Below are positions 23,358 through 37,600 of a stretch of 64,000 bases of DNA, piece after piece. The position numbers were made by a program, and so were the translations under genes. Numbering within the stretch: position 1 is the first letter of the stretch; the number at the start of each line of letters is the position of its first letter. Source of the stretch: Macrostomum lignano (Eukaryota). The stretch covers positions 901,812 to 965,811 of the forward strand of contig NIVC01000110.1 in assembly GCA_002269645.1 (NCBI GenBank), read 5' to 3'. Below the pieces are notes generated by a model, which searched no databases, was not told the origin of the DNA, and saw nothing but the letters and a program-made list of their open reading frames with translations.

Positions 23358-26300
23358 ATGAATAGGTCGCTACATGTACCCCAGTCAACTGAGACGACTG
23401 ATGCTGCAGGACGTTCCAACAGTGCATGTAGCCAGAAGAGCAAGAAAAATAAACCGACTGGAAAAGTCCAAGGAAAGAAAGCTCAGAGATCGAAAAATAG
23501 ACGTGCATATAATACAGCTGGCCAAAAACATTCAACGTTAAACGGGAGACGTCAGGCTGATAAAACGATTTATGAACCCAGCGACCCTATAGTAGAAAAC
23601 GACGATGGACAGAAAAGCGAAGATTTTTGCAACGCAGAGAATAGAGAAGAGAGAACAACGCGTGTACAAGTAGATTTGAATGCTACAAGCTCATCACAAT
23701 CGACGTCAAACGAACAACCACCAGAAGTTGAGGAAAGTTCTGATGAAACTGGGGAGAATCGGATCGAACTATCGGAGAGTGATATCTGCAAAATTAACCT
23801 ATCGGTGGAAGATAGTCAATCTGGACCAAAGTATACGTTTTCAAAAAGTTTTCTTAATGAAGCAGTTTGCCGTGCTATGCGACAAGTCGCTACGTGCTGT
23901 TTGAGGATGACGGGCTATAATCACATTCGAAAGCAGAATTCAAGAAAAAGTAAGCAGAATTTTTGGACAATTAGAGCGGAATGCAAAATTGAAGGATGCA
24001 GAAGAAATTACGCTTTAATAATGAGAAGACCACCACGTGTTGACGGAACAACATGGTCTTGGGAGGTTATTATCACGGGAAGGTTAAACCATCAAGATGC
24101 TACGGCTAGTTGTTTTCGTAGAACGACCGAATCAGAAAAACGTGAAATTTACGACGATATAAAAGAGGCCGGTGCCGTTGAAGCATTCAGAAGACGCTTT
24201 CTTGCGATCGAAAATTTACCATTCATTCTGTCGTGCAACTTTGATGCGTGCAAAACCAAAACTGTGATGTATAATTTAAAAAGTAAAATGGAGAAAGACG
24301 AGAGGTTACACTCTGTTCTTTTTGTTGAGCTTGGAGGTCTACAAGACATTTTTAACTTCGATATCCGCATCCGATTTTTCCTGGAGTCATAATGGAGCGT
24401 AGTTTAGATCCACTACGTGTTGTATTATTGTCCAACCTTGAAATACAGCTTCTTAGAGCAATTATGTCAGCTCGTACTCCAACAGTGCTGCATATCGACG
24501 CTACTGGCTCGTTAATAGAAAAAAACTGTTCACCTCATCCTGTTCTACTCTATTCTGTCATCACAACTGCTACTGATTCTGTTCCATCGTCGCCAGTTGG
24601 GAATATGATTACAGACTCCCATAACGTTGCATCCATTTCTCACTTTCTAAAACTCCTCCGCCATAGAATTCTGCACTGTGTAAACTCACCTTTTTCTGTT
24701 GACCTAAATATTCTTTTTATTTCCGACTTTTCATGGGCGCAAATTCATTCATGCTTAGACTTCCACCACACGGACGTGACAACGTACATCCAAATGCATT
24801 ACAATTACTTTATTACGGACACCCCTAGCGAGATTCAATATGGCGTTTTTCTGTGTAGCAATCATATTATAAAGTCAATTTCGGACCACTGCAAAAAACA
24901 CTCCTTGAACCAGCGAAGCCGTCAGCTATTTTTGAAGTTATTTTCTTTAATTCAGTATTCCAGTACGCAAAAACTATCCGTCAACTTCATCATGGACACG
25001 CTTATTATATTTGGATCTCCGTATGCCGAGCAAACCGTTGCTGCTAGAACTAGGGTAGCAAATTTTCTGAGAGATGGCCATGTTCCAGAGTATTCCGAAT
25101 CAATCAACAAAGACTCATTTATACTTCAAGACAAGGATCATGCAAGTATGAACGCGGAAGGTGACGCGATACTGAAAAATTCTCCATACTACGAATACTT
25201 TAAAAAGGAATTTACCACAATTCAAAATACTCTCGCGCATAAAACCGGTCATTCGCATCTGACAGATAATGAATTCTACAACCCTCGATTGATAAACTTT
25301 TTCTTGCTTAGATACCTGTCCATCCTCCCTCTATGGGCTATATTTACATGGAATCATTTGATTGCTAAAAATTCAAAGTCTTTTTACTCAAATGCTCATG
25401 TGGAGAGTTGGTTTTCTTCTGTGAAAAGTCGATTTAACACCAAGTCCAGGCTGAGTACCTTCGTAGAGAATTATGTACCCTTTGTACTTCGTAGAGTTTC
25501 AGAGTGCACCATCTCGAGCAAAGTACCTGCTCCAAGTTTTTGCAGAAAAAGGAAGTCATCAATCTCAGAAGAAGCTGCAACTGAAGGTTGGCAAAAAAGG
25601 TCGAGAAATAGCAAGCGTTCAAGATACTCAGATACTAGTAGCAATCAGTATTTTGCTAATGTCGCCGATCCTGACGAAACGGAAAAGAGTAGCAGTCAGT
25701 CCCAACAGAGCAACCCAAAATCAAAACTTCCGGGATGCACAGCTGGTAGGAACAGACCCAATAAAAATTCCAGTCAAAATGGAACCGCAGATAACAGTAG
25801 AAGCAGGTGGCAAAGCAAGAGGAGCACGCGGCAGAAAGGAAGAACGGTGCAAAGCGATAATAGCCAGATTCTCTTCACCCTTCCTGGCTCTGGAACGGAT
25901 ATTCCCGTAACGCAAGAGCATCGTCAAAGTTTGTTGGGAAGCAACCTGTTAGACTACACGGTAAGTATTTTCATAAATACTTACTTACTTACAATAAATA
26001 CTTAAGTAAGTATACGTAAATACTTACAATAGAAAATTCAGTTGACTTATGACCTATTTTCACCATTATCTTTTCCTGTCCCTCTTGCATTACTCGCGAT
26101 AGATTTTATTGGCCTATTGCACTGCTATCACATCGAACAACGCCCAAAGGATTGTAATAAGTGAGGGCGACTTTTACTACATATTGAATCTATCAGGAGA
26201 TGAGTTCAACGATGGAGTCCAGAACTTGCTGAGAAGAACTCTCGGATGGAAGGCAAGTTCTGTTAATGAAACAATAATGTCGTTTTTGATGCAAAATAAA

Positions 26301-27256
26301 TTTGTACACTTGTAGTGAATTCTCAATGAAAATCTTACGCATGCACCAATTTGAGGTATAAAATTATTTGCTCTCTTGATGTTGCAGGGCCTGAATCAAA
26401 TAATCGTGCCTATTTTAAACAGCGGGCATTTTTACTTGATCGTTATTTGCGGCGTTGAACGAAAGGTCTTTGTGCTGGATTCGATTCGGCGTAATGCGCA
26501 AGAGAAGCAAGAGTTTCATGTTCTAATTCGCAAATGGAAGTGAGTACAATAGTTTGTGTACATGTCCAGAGAATAAATAAAAGTGAACTTAAGTACTGAT
26601 GTGGCAAATCTGTAAAATTTCTGTTAACTTTCTAGCCGCATATTGGCTTCCGATGGAATAATGGCATTTGTTGACCAAAGCGCTCCGGTATTCACCAGCA
26701 GCACATCGAAGCCATATGAGCTGGCCACAATGTCGAGAACAATGCAATCTGATGGTCATAGTTGCGGAGTGTTTGTATGCCTGTACGCTAGGGCATTAGC
26801 TCTTGGTTCTGGTCTCCGGTTCAAGAACAATCCGACGGCTCTCGGAAGATACAGACAGTATATCTGGAATGTGATCCAGGCCTACAGCTATGGAGGAACG
26901 CAGGAAGAGTGCTCAGCCTGTAGCAACACAGAACCTGACGCTTCGGGCGTTAGTCGTCGCATAAATTGGGTAAAATACGAGTAATTTTCCTTTTTTTATT
27001 TTTTTAACTACGAATTTCACTTTTGCCAAGCAGATTGCTTAAAGCAGTCATACAGATTGAACTCCAGCTTAAGATGCAGTCGATCGAATATGCAGTCGAG
27101 TTGTGCTTACAGCATAATGCGGTTAATTTTCGCTCACCCCTTCATTTCTAGATTGAATGTCCCTCCTGTCTTCGTTGGTATCACACAGAATGCGTCGAAG
27201 GGTCGACCGATCCAGGTTTTTGTTGCGCAACGTGCAAAGACATGTTTTCGCATTAG
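23358..27256 (+). CDS. MULE transposase fused to a Ulp1/SENP (C48) protease and a PHD finger; one frameshift at about 24375-24392
   Basis: Exons 23358-25960 (frameshifted), 26103-26252 (GC donor), 26388-26539, 26636-26969 and 27152-27256 are in phase. DDE motifs LHIDATGS, ISDFSWA, LCSNH, NAHVESWF. Protease IIVPILNSGHFYLIVI..KVFVLDS..QSDGHSCGVFVC. PHD CSAC..W|IECPSCLRWYHTEC..CATC. The start codon is uncertain. Confidence 0.85.
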
Positions 27257-28622
27257 TTACTTGATTTTTACACAACTGTACATGTACGTGAATGTCGCCA
27301 TTACTCGTAAATGGATCTCTCCAGTTCCTTATTTTTGGAGCAAGAGGTTCTCTAGATCTGGTTCTGAGTGCACCTGTGGCAGTCGCGACGGCCAATCTTC
27401 CATGTACAGAAGGGTCGTGAGGCTGCTGCTTTTTGCTGCTAATTTTCTGACTAGAAAAATATGTATGGCCGCCCTCCCATCCCGTTGTTTTTGTTTGTTC
27501 GCCCGCTTTTTTCATCCCCCTATGCAGATGTTCGATTACGAGCCATGGAATGCAATATAATCAATTTATGCTAAGGACCACTCGAATTGGGGATCGACCG
27601 ACATGGACATGAACAGGCGAACAACCATCCCACTCGAACAAAACAGGGGGCTCTAACCGCGGCCCATGCAGGTGTTCGATATTCTTTCAGAGAGTGGAGC
27701 AGCGCTCATTTAAATAGTTCAGTTTGCAACTTTCATGGGACTTCTCAGGGTTTTCAATCGGGCCTCTTCTACACTAAAAGTAGGACCTCTCGCCACAGTG
27801 GATCTTTGTGGCTCCGATTTAATCGAGAGCTTGACAACAGCGTGATGACTACTAAGAGTAATATTATTAGGGAACACATGCTCGATCTAATGGTTGGTAT
27901 AGAGCGATTATGAGCCGAACTGTTCAGTACATTTTGTATGTAAATCTATTTAAGTATTCATCTTTGTTGTAATTTAAATTCCTGTTATAACCTTTTTATT
28001 GGTTACATGCATTTCATCAAAACTGTCCACGCTTTTATTGATGTTATTAGAAGTACCACGCGTGCATATACATAAATGCACATGTACGTAACATGTAATA
28101 CTAAATACATCAAAAGTTCTCAGCGACTGTCACTTTGAAAATTTCGAAACAAGTTTGTATTTTTAACCCAAGCTGCATATCCCAACGGTTGCATAGAGTG
28201 GTGTAGAAATTAGGCCAAATGTTGCGTTATTTTTGTGCTAGGCTTGCGTGCCAAGCCAAGAGGAGTCTACAATTGGCACCTGCGCTTCACAGGGCTGGCT
28301 TATACATGTACATGCAATATTTGGCTCGCGTTAGTAATTCAGACTTATGACTTATTACGCAGCTACGATCAGAGACTGAATTGGTATAGGGTTAACAACA
28401 GAAATGTTTGTGGACAATAGCTATTTGCATTAATAGCAATGAAAATTACATTCTGCTAATTGAATTTTACATTTGCAACGTGAGTGGAATACTCACCAAA
28501 ACAGTGCCGACATAATTCGCAGTCACGCATGCATGAGCTGGGTACATGTAACATGTATAATATACGGGCCTATATGCAGGTATTGCACTTCGCGTTGCAT
28601 CGCGCTTACGAGCTAGCAAGCT

Positions 28623-29327
28623 ATATGTGCATCATATAAATATACGATATACGAGCACATTAAAAAAACTCTTGCCATTCCGCTTTGCGTGGTCTGATGG
28701 ACTTGAAGTTTCACAAAGATGTTTGTTTTGTGTGTAATAATTTTTCTGTAAATTTTCATGCAAATCCGAGCTGTACAAGTATTGCAAATGAGCATACATG
28801 TTATACACTGTGCGCATATACAATGCATTATAAATACGAGCACCTTTAAAACTCTTGCCATTCCGCTTTGCGTGGTCTGATGGACTTGAAGTTTCACAAA
28901 GATGTTTGTTTTGTGTGTAATAATTTTTCTGTAAATTTTCATGCAAATCCGAGCTGTACAAGTATTGCAAATGAGCATACATGTTATACACTGTGCGCAT
29001 ATACAATGCATTATAAATACGAGCACCTTTAAAACTCTTGCCATTCCGCTTTGCGTGGTCTGATGGACTTGAAGTTTCACAGAGGTGTTTGTTTTGTGTG
29101 TAATAATTTTTCTGTAAATTTTCATGCAAATCCGAGCTGTACAAGTATTGCAAATGAGCATACATGTTATACACTGTGCGCATATACAATGCATTATAAA
29201 TACGAGCACCTTTAAAACTCTTGCCATTCCGCTTTGCGTGGTCTGATGGACTTGAAGTTTCACAGAGGTGTTTGTTTTGTGTGTAATAATTTTTCTGTAA
29301 ATTTTCAAGCAAATCCGAGCTGTACAA
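28623..29327 (-). repeat. 183-bp tandem array (about 3.6 units) forming the right TIR
   Basis: Reverse complement of the left array; the innermost unit is degenerate. Confidence 0.95.
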
Positions 29328-30043
29328 GTAGGTTTATTTTGTTGCATTTGTTAGAAATTGAATATCAATACGAATATCTATGGGGAAACAGATACGTCTA
29401 AGTTAAGTTTAGTAGTAAAAAAACTAGTTAGAAAAAGATCTTTAAATTTCTGTCGGAAATCATATTGCTAAAACAAATAAAAAAATCTATTAATTAGTTT
29501 GAAATCCTAAATGAGATTATTTTATCTGAAAAATAGCAGAAAGATTTCTTTCTAAATTTAACCTTTATTAAACATAAAATTATGGCTTAAAGTAAATTAC
29601 AAAAAATTTGAAAAACATTTTCAGTCTGGTCGCGGGCCGCAGGGTTGCCAGTGCGCCAGGCAGTGAGTGTCATGTCACGGGCTGCCCATGCCGACCAGCG
29701 CGCGAGCTGCTGCTGGTGCAACTATGAGACAACTAGATTATCCTAATGTTACAATGACTGAAGGCAGTGATCGGTGTGGCATGGTGTGTTCGCGTGGTTT
29801 TTGCTTAATTTCATCGAGTTATATGGGTATCATGAATTATGTCCTGTCTCCTGTCGAGTGTTGACTGTTGACCACAGGCGTAGAGCAGAAAATATAGTCA
29901 AATTTGCACATATTCTGACTTATTTATTGACAATGATGCTTAATACTGTCAACTGATGGCCTTATGCCCCTATTCAATTTAACAACAACTTAGGGCCTAG
30001 GCTAGGCCAAAGTGTAATTTCTTTTTTTCTTATTTTAAGACTT

Positions 30044-31050
30044 TGAGCCTCTTCATATCGCCGATTCGAAAAACGGAACCGATTCCGAACCGGTTCGATG
30101 CTCTTCATATCGATGGTTCGAAAAACAGAATCAGTTCCAGAACATGGTTCTAGTTCTAGAATATGGTTCGAGAAATTTTCTCAAACCATTGTCATGTTTA
30201 CACTTTAACAGTAAAATATATTTGAAATCAATTTTTTATTGTTGTTATATAATTATTCCTTTTTTTGTCATATCCAAGAGGAAACAAAGTCAAAGAACGA
30301 CAAAATTAAATTGTAAAGACTGTCAAACATAAAATGGGTTCGAAGCTCCTCATTTCACACTGGTTCTGGTTCTAGAACTCGAATTTATTCTGGTTCTAGG
30401 GTTCCTAGACACTTCGTCATCTTACCACTTTGTCATCCACTCATATTTCTAGACACTTTGTCATCTTACCACTTCGTCATCTACGATACTATTGTGGACA
30501 CATCGTCATCTACTCCTTGGACACTTCGTCATCCACTTTGTCTAAAAAACTTATTGAATAGCTATATGTAACTTCGTCAGCTAAGTTGGATCAAGTAGTC
30601 ATAAATATAGGTGGCTACACTGAGGATTAAAAAACTAACTGATTAACTAACTGATAATTAATGAGGATTAACTACGACGGGGGAAGAGCTGGAGAAGGGA
30701 AGAGATCGCAATCGCGATCAGTACTTGAAAATTGAATTCTACTCGCAGTTTAAATCATACAATTATGCAATTGCAATTATAGTGAGAAGTTGAATCCCTA
30801 AATATGTATTTAATCCTATATTTTACAGACTATATTGATCGAATCGAATAACAATTTTACAGCTTTGCGAAATCTTGGGATGACGAAGTGTCCTCAAAAT
30901 TTGGTCACTTCGTCATCTAGATTTCTAACAATTTTTTTGTATGACGAAGCGTCCAAAAACCATGGTCACTTCGTCATCTGGATGACAAACTGGTAAGATG
31001 ACGAAGTGTCCAGGAACCGGTTCTAGAACCGATTGCCGTGAAGAGGCTCA
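30044..31050. mobile_element. Short TIR element (host of a nested MITE)
   Basis: 12-bp TIR TGAGCCTCTTCA/TGAAGAGGCTCA; interior rich in GGTTCTAGAAC and GAACCGGTTC motifs; about 380 bp after removing the nested insert. No TSD seen. Confidence 0.6.
30400..31018. mobile_element. Nested 619-bp MITE with 39-bp TIRs and an 8-bp TSD
   Basis: TIR GGTTCCTRGACACTTCGTCATCTTACCASTTTGTCATCC (2 mismatches); TSD GGTTCTAG (30392-30399, 31019-31026); many internal CACTTCGTCATC repeats. Confidence 0.88.
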
Positions 31051-32625
31051 GTATGAATGTAATGTGGCTTCAATGGAAAAATAGGTTATAAGACTATACC
31101 TAAATTGCATCTACTTTTCAATTTCAGAGTGTGATTTTAAAATTTAGGATGCATATAGACACTTTGCATACAAAAAATAAACTTAGATATATTGTTTATT
31201 TAATAGAAAATTAAAGAATTTTTCTATATAGTCTTATAGAACTATAGGAGTATAAGCCTAAGCCTCTACTTTTTTAATGAAAACAAATAGAAAAAATAAA
31301 TGCTAGCCTATCTAAGTATAGAAATCATAAAATAGGCTTATTTTTTTCTCTGTTGCAAATAAATTTTATCAAAATATATAGAATGGTCCATATAATATCC
31401 TTGATATAAAATGTTAATAACTTTTGTCATTTGCAGCCAAAATTGATAAAATTTAACACAATATGAGTATTTGCAATTGCATGTATAAATTTTGTAAATG
31501 TAATGCTATATTCATAGTAACATTATGTAAAAATTTTGTTAACATTGGTTGCAAAAAACAAAAGTTATTAACATTTTACTTCAAATCAGGTGCATTATAT
31601 GGGTTACCCTTTATAGATATTGTTAAGGCTAGGTAAATAGTAGGGCTTATACTATAGCCTAAAGAAATATCGCCTAAGTAAGTATAAAAGATAAAGGATA
31701 AAAAAAATAGACAGCATTGCTTATCTTATAGGCCTCAGTATTTTTAGCTCATGTTCTACCTCATGGCTATCTAGGCCTAGCTAAATATTTAAATTGGGTT
31801 TATATAGTCTAATATATAAAGCTTCAATAATCTTAAACTTACAGTCAAATTTGTATCATTTACATTTTTTAAAAGCCAGAAAAGATAAATTAGTTTATTA
31901 ATAAAGGACTTTTTAGAAACTGGGGCCTAGCAAGAATACATAATAATTTGTTAGGTCTAATTATAGTTTTTTAGTTATTGTTTTTTAGCTTTATATAATA
32001 TAGGAATTGATTTGTTTTTCCAATATAAGAAAGGCAACAAAACAGTAAAATATTATAATAACCTTTAAGAATAAGTAAAACAGTTGACTTGAGTCTTATT
32101 ATTGCTCGTAGTGTCCATTATAATTTAGTAAAAATGATTTGAAAGTCACCTTTAAACAATTTATTAGCATTTTCAAAGTTTTTTCTAAAGTTACACAATA
32201 GATTACAAAAAAAGAAAAACCATTGGAGCTTCCTAGGAATCTATCTTGAATTGCTTAGATCCCAAATTGTTTTCTTAGCCACATTATCAATATGTTTGTC
32301 ACTAAGAAAGTTTTTAACAATTTTGGATTAAACCAGTTTGAGTGATTTTTTATTAGAGGTAGGGGGTTGTGTGAACCCTGGCGCACTTTAAGCGACATAG
32401 GCACACAACCGGCAAGAGGCATTACTGCCCATTCCATTGACTCCCCTGAGCAGGCATACAAGCACGCAGATACATATGCAGGCATACACTCACACACATA
32501 CATGCGCAACCTCCAAAATTCGGTCGGCTGTGCGACTTAGTTTTAACAAAAATGCAACATAGTTTTTGGCCAAAAATGCAACTTGCATGTAAAAAAACCA
32601 TACAGCAAAATTAATGCAACTTTAG

Positions 32626-32686
32626 GTAAACGGCAGGAGTAACTATAACTCTCTTATTAAGCCAAAATGCCTTGTTAGCTACTTAG
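32626..32686 (+). pseudogene. Degenerate 28S (LSU) rRNA fragment
   Basis: GTAAACGGCAGGAGTAACTATAACTCTCTTATTAAGCCAAAATGCCTTGTTAGCTACTTAG aligns at about 80% to the conserved LSU sequence GTAAACGGCGGGAGTAACTATGACTCTCTTAAGGTAGCCAAATGCCTCGTCATCTAATTAG (recalled from knowledge). Confidence 0.8.
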
Positions 32687-32936
32687 TTCTACTACTTCGG
32701 TGTTTTTTGGGTGGGCATTTTTGTGACTTCCTTGGTTGGTGGCCAAATCGGTCGGCCAGATCGGCCGACTCGGCCGACTGTTGCACATGTATGCTCACAC
32801 AGTAGTATATAGCGGCCCTAACTTTATTTTTTTGTTAGGCATGTATACTTCACTGTGCCTTGGGGGGTTGGCTCTCAAAGCTGTTAATTGCATGAGCAGA
32901 GCCAAGCCGAGATTCCAATTCAGCCCCAAATTAATG

Positions 32937-33008
32937 TGACTACACTTGGAATCGAGCCTGGGTCGCTGGCACACCAGAGCCTGCGCTAGACTGCTGGGCT
33001 ACAGCCCC
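32937..33008 (-). pseudogene. tRNA-like pseudogene or solo SINE head
   Basis: Minus strand GGGGCTGTAGCCCAGCAGTCTAGCGC...CCCAGGCTCGATTCCAAGTGTAGTCAC has A-box and B-box-like motifs and a degenerate acceptor stem. Confidence 0.55.
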
Positions 33009-33497
33009 CTTAAGGGATGCTTTGATAGTCCATTTTTTGTGACATTTTACTTGACCTTAGGAAAAAAGAAACTAAAAAATTGTTTAGTAAATGGCTTAAT
33101 TAAACAAAACATTTAAAGTGTTTGTTTACACTAAAAAGATTAGATTCTATACTAGTAGACTCAAGTTAGCTATTTCACTTACTCTAAAAATAGTGTTGTT
33201 AACCAATTTTGCTGCTTTAAGGATTAAAGCATTTTTTATTGAAAAAACAGTGATATCTGCATATTAGAGCTAAAGAACACTGGCTAAAAACTGTACTATT
33301 AATGATTATCTCCACTATTGCAACAGTAAATTAATTCAGCTTTTTAAAATGTTAAACTGTTACTGGTACAAATTTGACCATAAGCTTAAGATTATTAAAG
33401 CTTTATAAATCAACATATACAACCCAATTTAAATGTGCAGCTAGCTAGCAATTGGGTAGAGCATGAGCTCAGAATATTGTGAGTGGTGCTATGTATA

Positions 33498-34012
<515 letters not shown>

Positions 34013-34615
34013 TTATTTTATATTTAGGCTGATTTTGAAAATTTACTACTAGACTATTTTGATCTGTCTTTGGAATATGTAGTCTACTATTTTTAAATAT
34101 ACTAATGTGTTCAATTGAACTAAATAGCATTAAATTGGCCCCAATGACATTTATGATTTATAACTTGTAATGGCAACAAAGAAAAAATATAATATATGTT
34201 TCTGTTGGATTTTATTTTTGTACAGACCTATACCAAATAGAATTTTAATTAATTAAGACATACCTTTAATAAAATAACATTGAAAAACTTTAAAATAGTA
34301 CCATATGCTAAAAAACTTTCTATTTCATTTGTTTCAATTGCTATTTGAAAATTCATGTATTGTTTAAAGAGCTATCCTAAGTATAGGATGCCCCATAATG
34401 TTAGAAGGAGCATTTTTCCCAGTTTCAGACAAATATTTGAGGATTTATTTCCCAGTTTTGAAAAATTGTTCTTAGTCTGAATTTAAACCTTAGGATGCCA
34501 AATTTCACTAAAATTCTAAGCCTTTTAGGAAACTTATGAGTAATTAAATAATGATATACAGTTTTTGAAGGTTTCAAGCTGCTCATTAAATATTCCAGAG
34601 ACAGCGCTAGCAACA

Positions 34616-37600
34616 ATGCAGCATTGGAATAATAATAATTTTCAAAATGCCGGCTCCTGGCATCATCATCAGCAGCAACAGCAACAGCATCATCAGCAAA
34701 TGTTGCAGCAGCAACAGCAACAGATGATGCAACAACAACAGATGGCTGCTGGGGCTGCCCCAGTCGCCGCCCAGTCACAGCATCCGCCATCATTAATGGC
34801 TAACATGGTTGGACCAGCTTCGGTTGGTATGAATAATCCTGCCACTCCGCAGCATCAGCACCAGCAGCAGAGGCTGCCTCAGCAGGTCCCAACAGCTGCT
34901 CAAGCTGCACCGCAACAGCCACCGATCGGTGCTAATCTGTCCGGTGCCGGAGTGTCTCCAATTAGACTGGCTGGGAGCGGAGGCGGAGCTGGAGGCGCCC
35001 CCAGCCACCCGTTTGCCAGAGGCCGGGCATTCAATGCTGCAGGTCCAGCCTCAGCAGCAGCTGTTGGTGGCGGTATTGGCGGCGCAGGTCCATCTGTGCC
35101 TCATCCTGTTTCTGATCAGCCGCCTCATCAGCACCAGCTGCACCAGCAGCAGCACCAGCAACCGCAGCAACGAATCAGTGGAGTAAGTGTCTGAAAAGTT
35201 GCATTAGTACTATCGACAAATAATAATATAATAATAATAACTGAATACACCTGCCCCAATTGGGCCAGATGTGCAGCTATTGCGCGGCGCATCTGAAGGC
35301 TGCGTACGGCTGTTCAGTCCAAGGACTGGGAGGGGGGAGTCGCCCCAGACCCTCAATATCTCAGCTAATGCTGGCACCCACTTTTACAGCTGGGTGAACT
35401 GAAGCAATGCAGAGTTAACTGTCTTGCTCAAGGACACAAATTGTTCTAGGTGGGATCAGGAGTCGAACCCCCGACCTTCAAGTCGTGAGTCTGACGCTCT
35501 GACCACTAGGCTACAACCTCCTTTAGGCTAAAACCCTTTGTTATTGGTTGTTTATCTACAGAACAAAAAAAACTTTTTTGTCAATTTTTGTCCTTAAGCT
35601 ACTTAGTAAGTAGTATACTATGTAAACTAATGCAAAATATTTCAGATGTCGCCGCCGCAGCCTCCGCCTCAGCAACAGCATCAGCGCCAGCAGTATGGCA
35701 TGAGCAGCAACCTAGCTGAAAGCCAGTCTCCCACGGCCAGCTCGCACTATCCTAGAGGCCTGCCACCGCCCTGCACAATGGTCCGTCTGGATCCTGTTCG
35801 CAAAGATTTCAACATCCTGCTTGACCAGGGTTCCAGCGGTGGCGGCGGCGGCGGCGTGTCCTGCACCACCCTGTCGCCAGCCGAGTGCGCAGACGATCCC
35901 AATGATGAGATCGAGTTTGGCTGCTACTATATCTGGGGCACCGTGCTGGGCAATCACGGCGTGACGAGGGTCGGACCTGCTATGAGGTAAAATTTGCTGA
36001 CACTATCGACACTTCGGCCGCGCCGTTCACCTTCTCCTGTTTCCGAGCCGGCTGGACTTTGGCTCCGAAATTCTGCGACTGGTTGCTACCCGGCGGGGAG
36101 TCCAAGAACACCTGGTCGTATTCCTCCTATGGTGCGGCGTTTTGCGAAGGTCGAATGAACTCAGACTATGGCATCGAGCTGCAGCCGGATGACATCCTAT
36201 CGCTGCTCATCGATGTCAAGAGCATGAGCGATGGCAATGCTGTTGCCGAGTTCTCAGTTGAAGTGGTCACCGGTGACGGCAGGCAGCCGAAATTCTATGG
36301 GGCATCGCAGCAGATCTTCTATAAATGCATGGCGTCAGATGGAGACTCCAAGCTGGCCTGGTTTCCCCATCTGGCACTCATGAACTGCAGTCTGGATTGC
36401 AATTTCGGCGCTTCCCCGGTTGCCCTTGACGACAGGATGCACGCTGGACGGCTCATTCTGGGCAAGATGCCGGCTAGGTGAGCTGCTGGGTAGAAGCTTG
36501 TGAAGTTCTGTAGATTTTCGTTGGGATCTGTGGATTGCGAATTGGATCTGTTGATTTTGATTTGAGATCTGTGCTTTTTCAATTGGGATCTGTGCATTTT
36601 CAATTGGGATCTGTAGATTTGGAGTTGGGATCTGTCGATTGTAAATCTAAATTGGGATCCGTCGATTCTGAATTGGGATCTGTAGATTCTGAATTAGGAT
36701 CTGTAGATTCTGAATTAGGATCTGTAGATTCTGATTTGGGATCTGTAGATTCTGAATTGGGATCTGTAGATTCTGAATTGGGATCTGTAGATTCTGAATT
36801 GGGATCTGTAGATTCTGAATCGGGATCTGTAGATTCTGAATCGGGATCTGTAGATTCTGAATCGGGATATGTAGATTCTGAATCGGGATCTGTAGATTCT
36901 GAATCGGGATCTGTAGATTCTGAATTAGGATCTGTAGATTCTGAATCGGGATCTGTAGATTCTGAATTGGGATCTGTGGATTCTGAATCGGCATCTGTAG
37001 ATTCTGAATTGGGATCTGTAGATTCTGAATCGGGATATGTAGATTCTGAATCGGGATCTGTAGATTCTGAATCGGGATCTGTAGATTCTGAATTAGGATC
37101 TGTAGATTCTGAATTAGGATCTGTAGATTCTGAATCGGGATCTGTAGATTCTGAATTGGGATCTGTGGATTCTGAATCGGCATCTGTAGATTCTAAATTG
37201 GGATCTGTAGATTCTGAATTGGGATCTGTAGATTCTGAATTGGGATCTGTAGATTCTGAATTGGGATCTGTAGATTCTGAATTGGGATCTGTGGATTCTG
37301 AATCGGCATCTGTAGATTCTAAATTGGGATCTGTAGATTCTGAATTGGGATCTGTAGATTCTGAATTGGGATCTGTAGATTCTGAATCGGGATCTGTAGA
37401 TTCTGAATCGGAATCTGTAGATTTTGAATCGGGATCTGTAGATTTTGAATCGGGATCTGTAGATTTTGAATCGGGATCTGTAGATTCTGAATCGGATCTG
37501 TAGATTCTGAATCGGGATCTGTAGATTCTGAATCGGGATCTGTAGATTCTGAATCGGGATCTGTAGATTCTGAATTAGGATCTGTAGATTCTGAATTGGG

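Larger units (their letters stand above)
19505..29397 (+). mobile_element. Foldback-type Mutator/MULE (FB-NOF-like) transposon, 9893 bp
   Basis: Perfect 9-bp TSD CTAAGTTAA (19496-19504, 29398-29406). Both ends start ACGTATCTGTTTCCCCATAGATATTCG with about 70 identical bp, followed by inverted 183-bp tandem arrays; internal MULE transposase gene. Confidence 0.93.

Noticed and set aside
24390-24394. TAATG as termination-reinitiation coupling of two MULE ORFs
   Set aside because: One added T in the adjacent T5 run fuses the ORFs, and three similar indels occur in the window; an alternative 50-nt intron has a weak donor.
27123-27913. Second (mudrB-like) gene in the MULE right interior
   Set aside because: No recognisable motif or consistent exon chain on either strand beyond the PHD exon.
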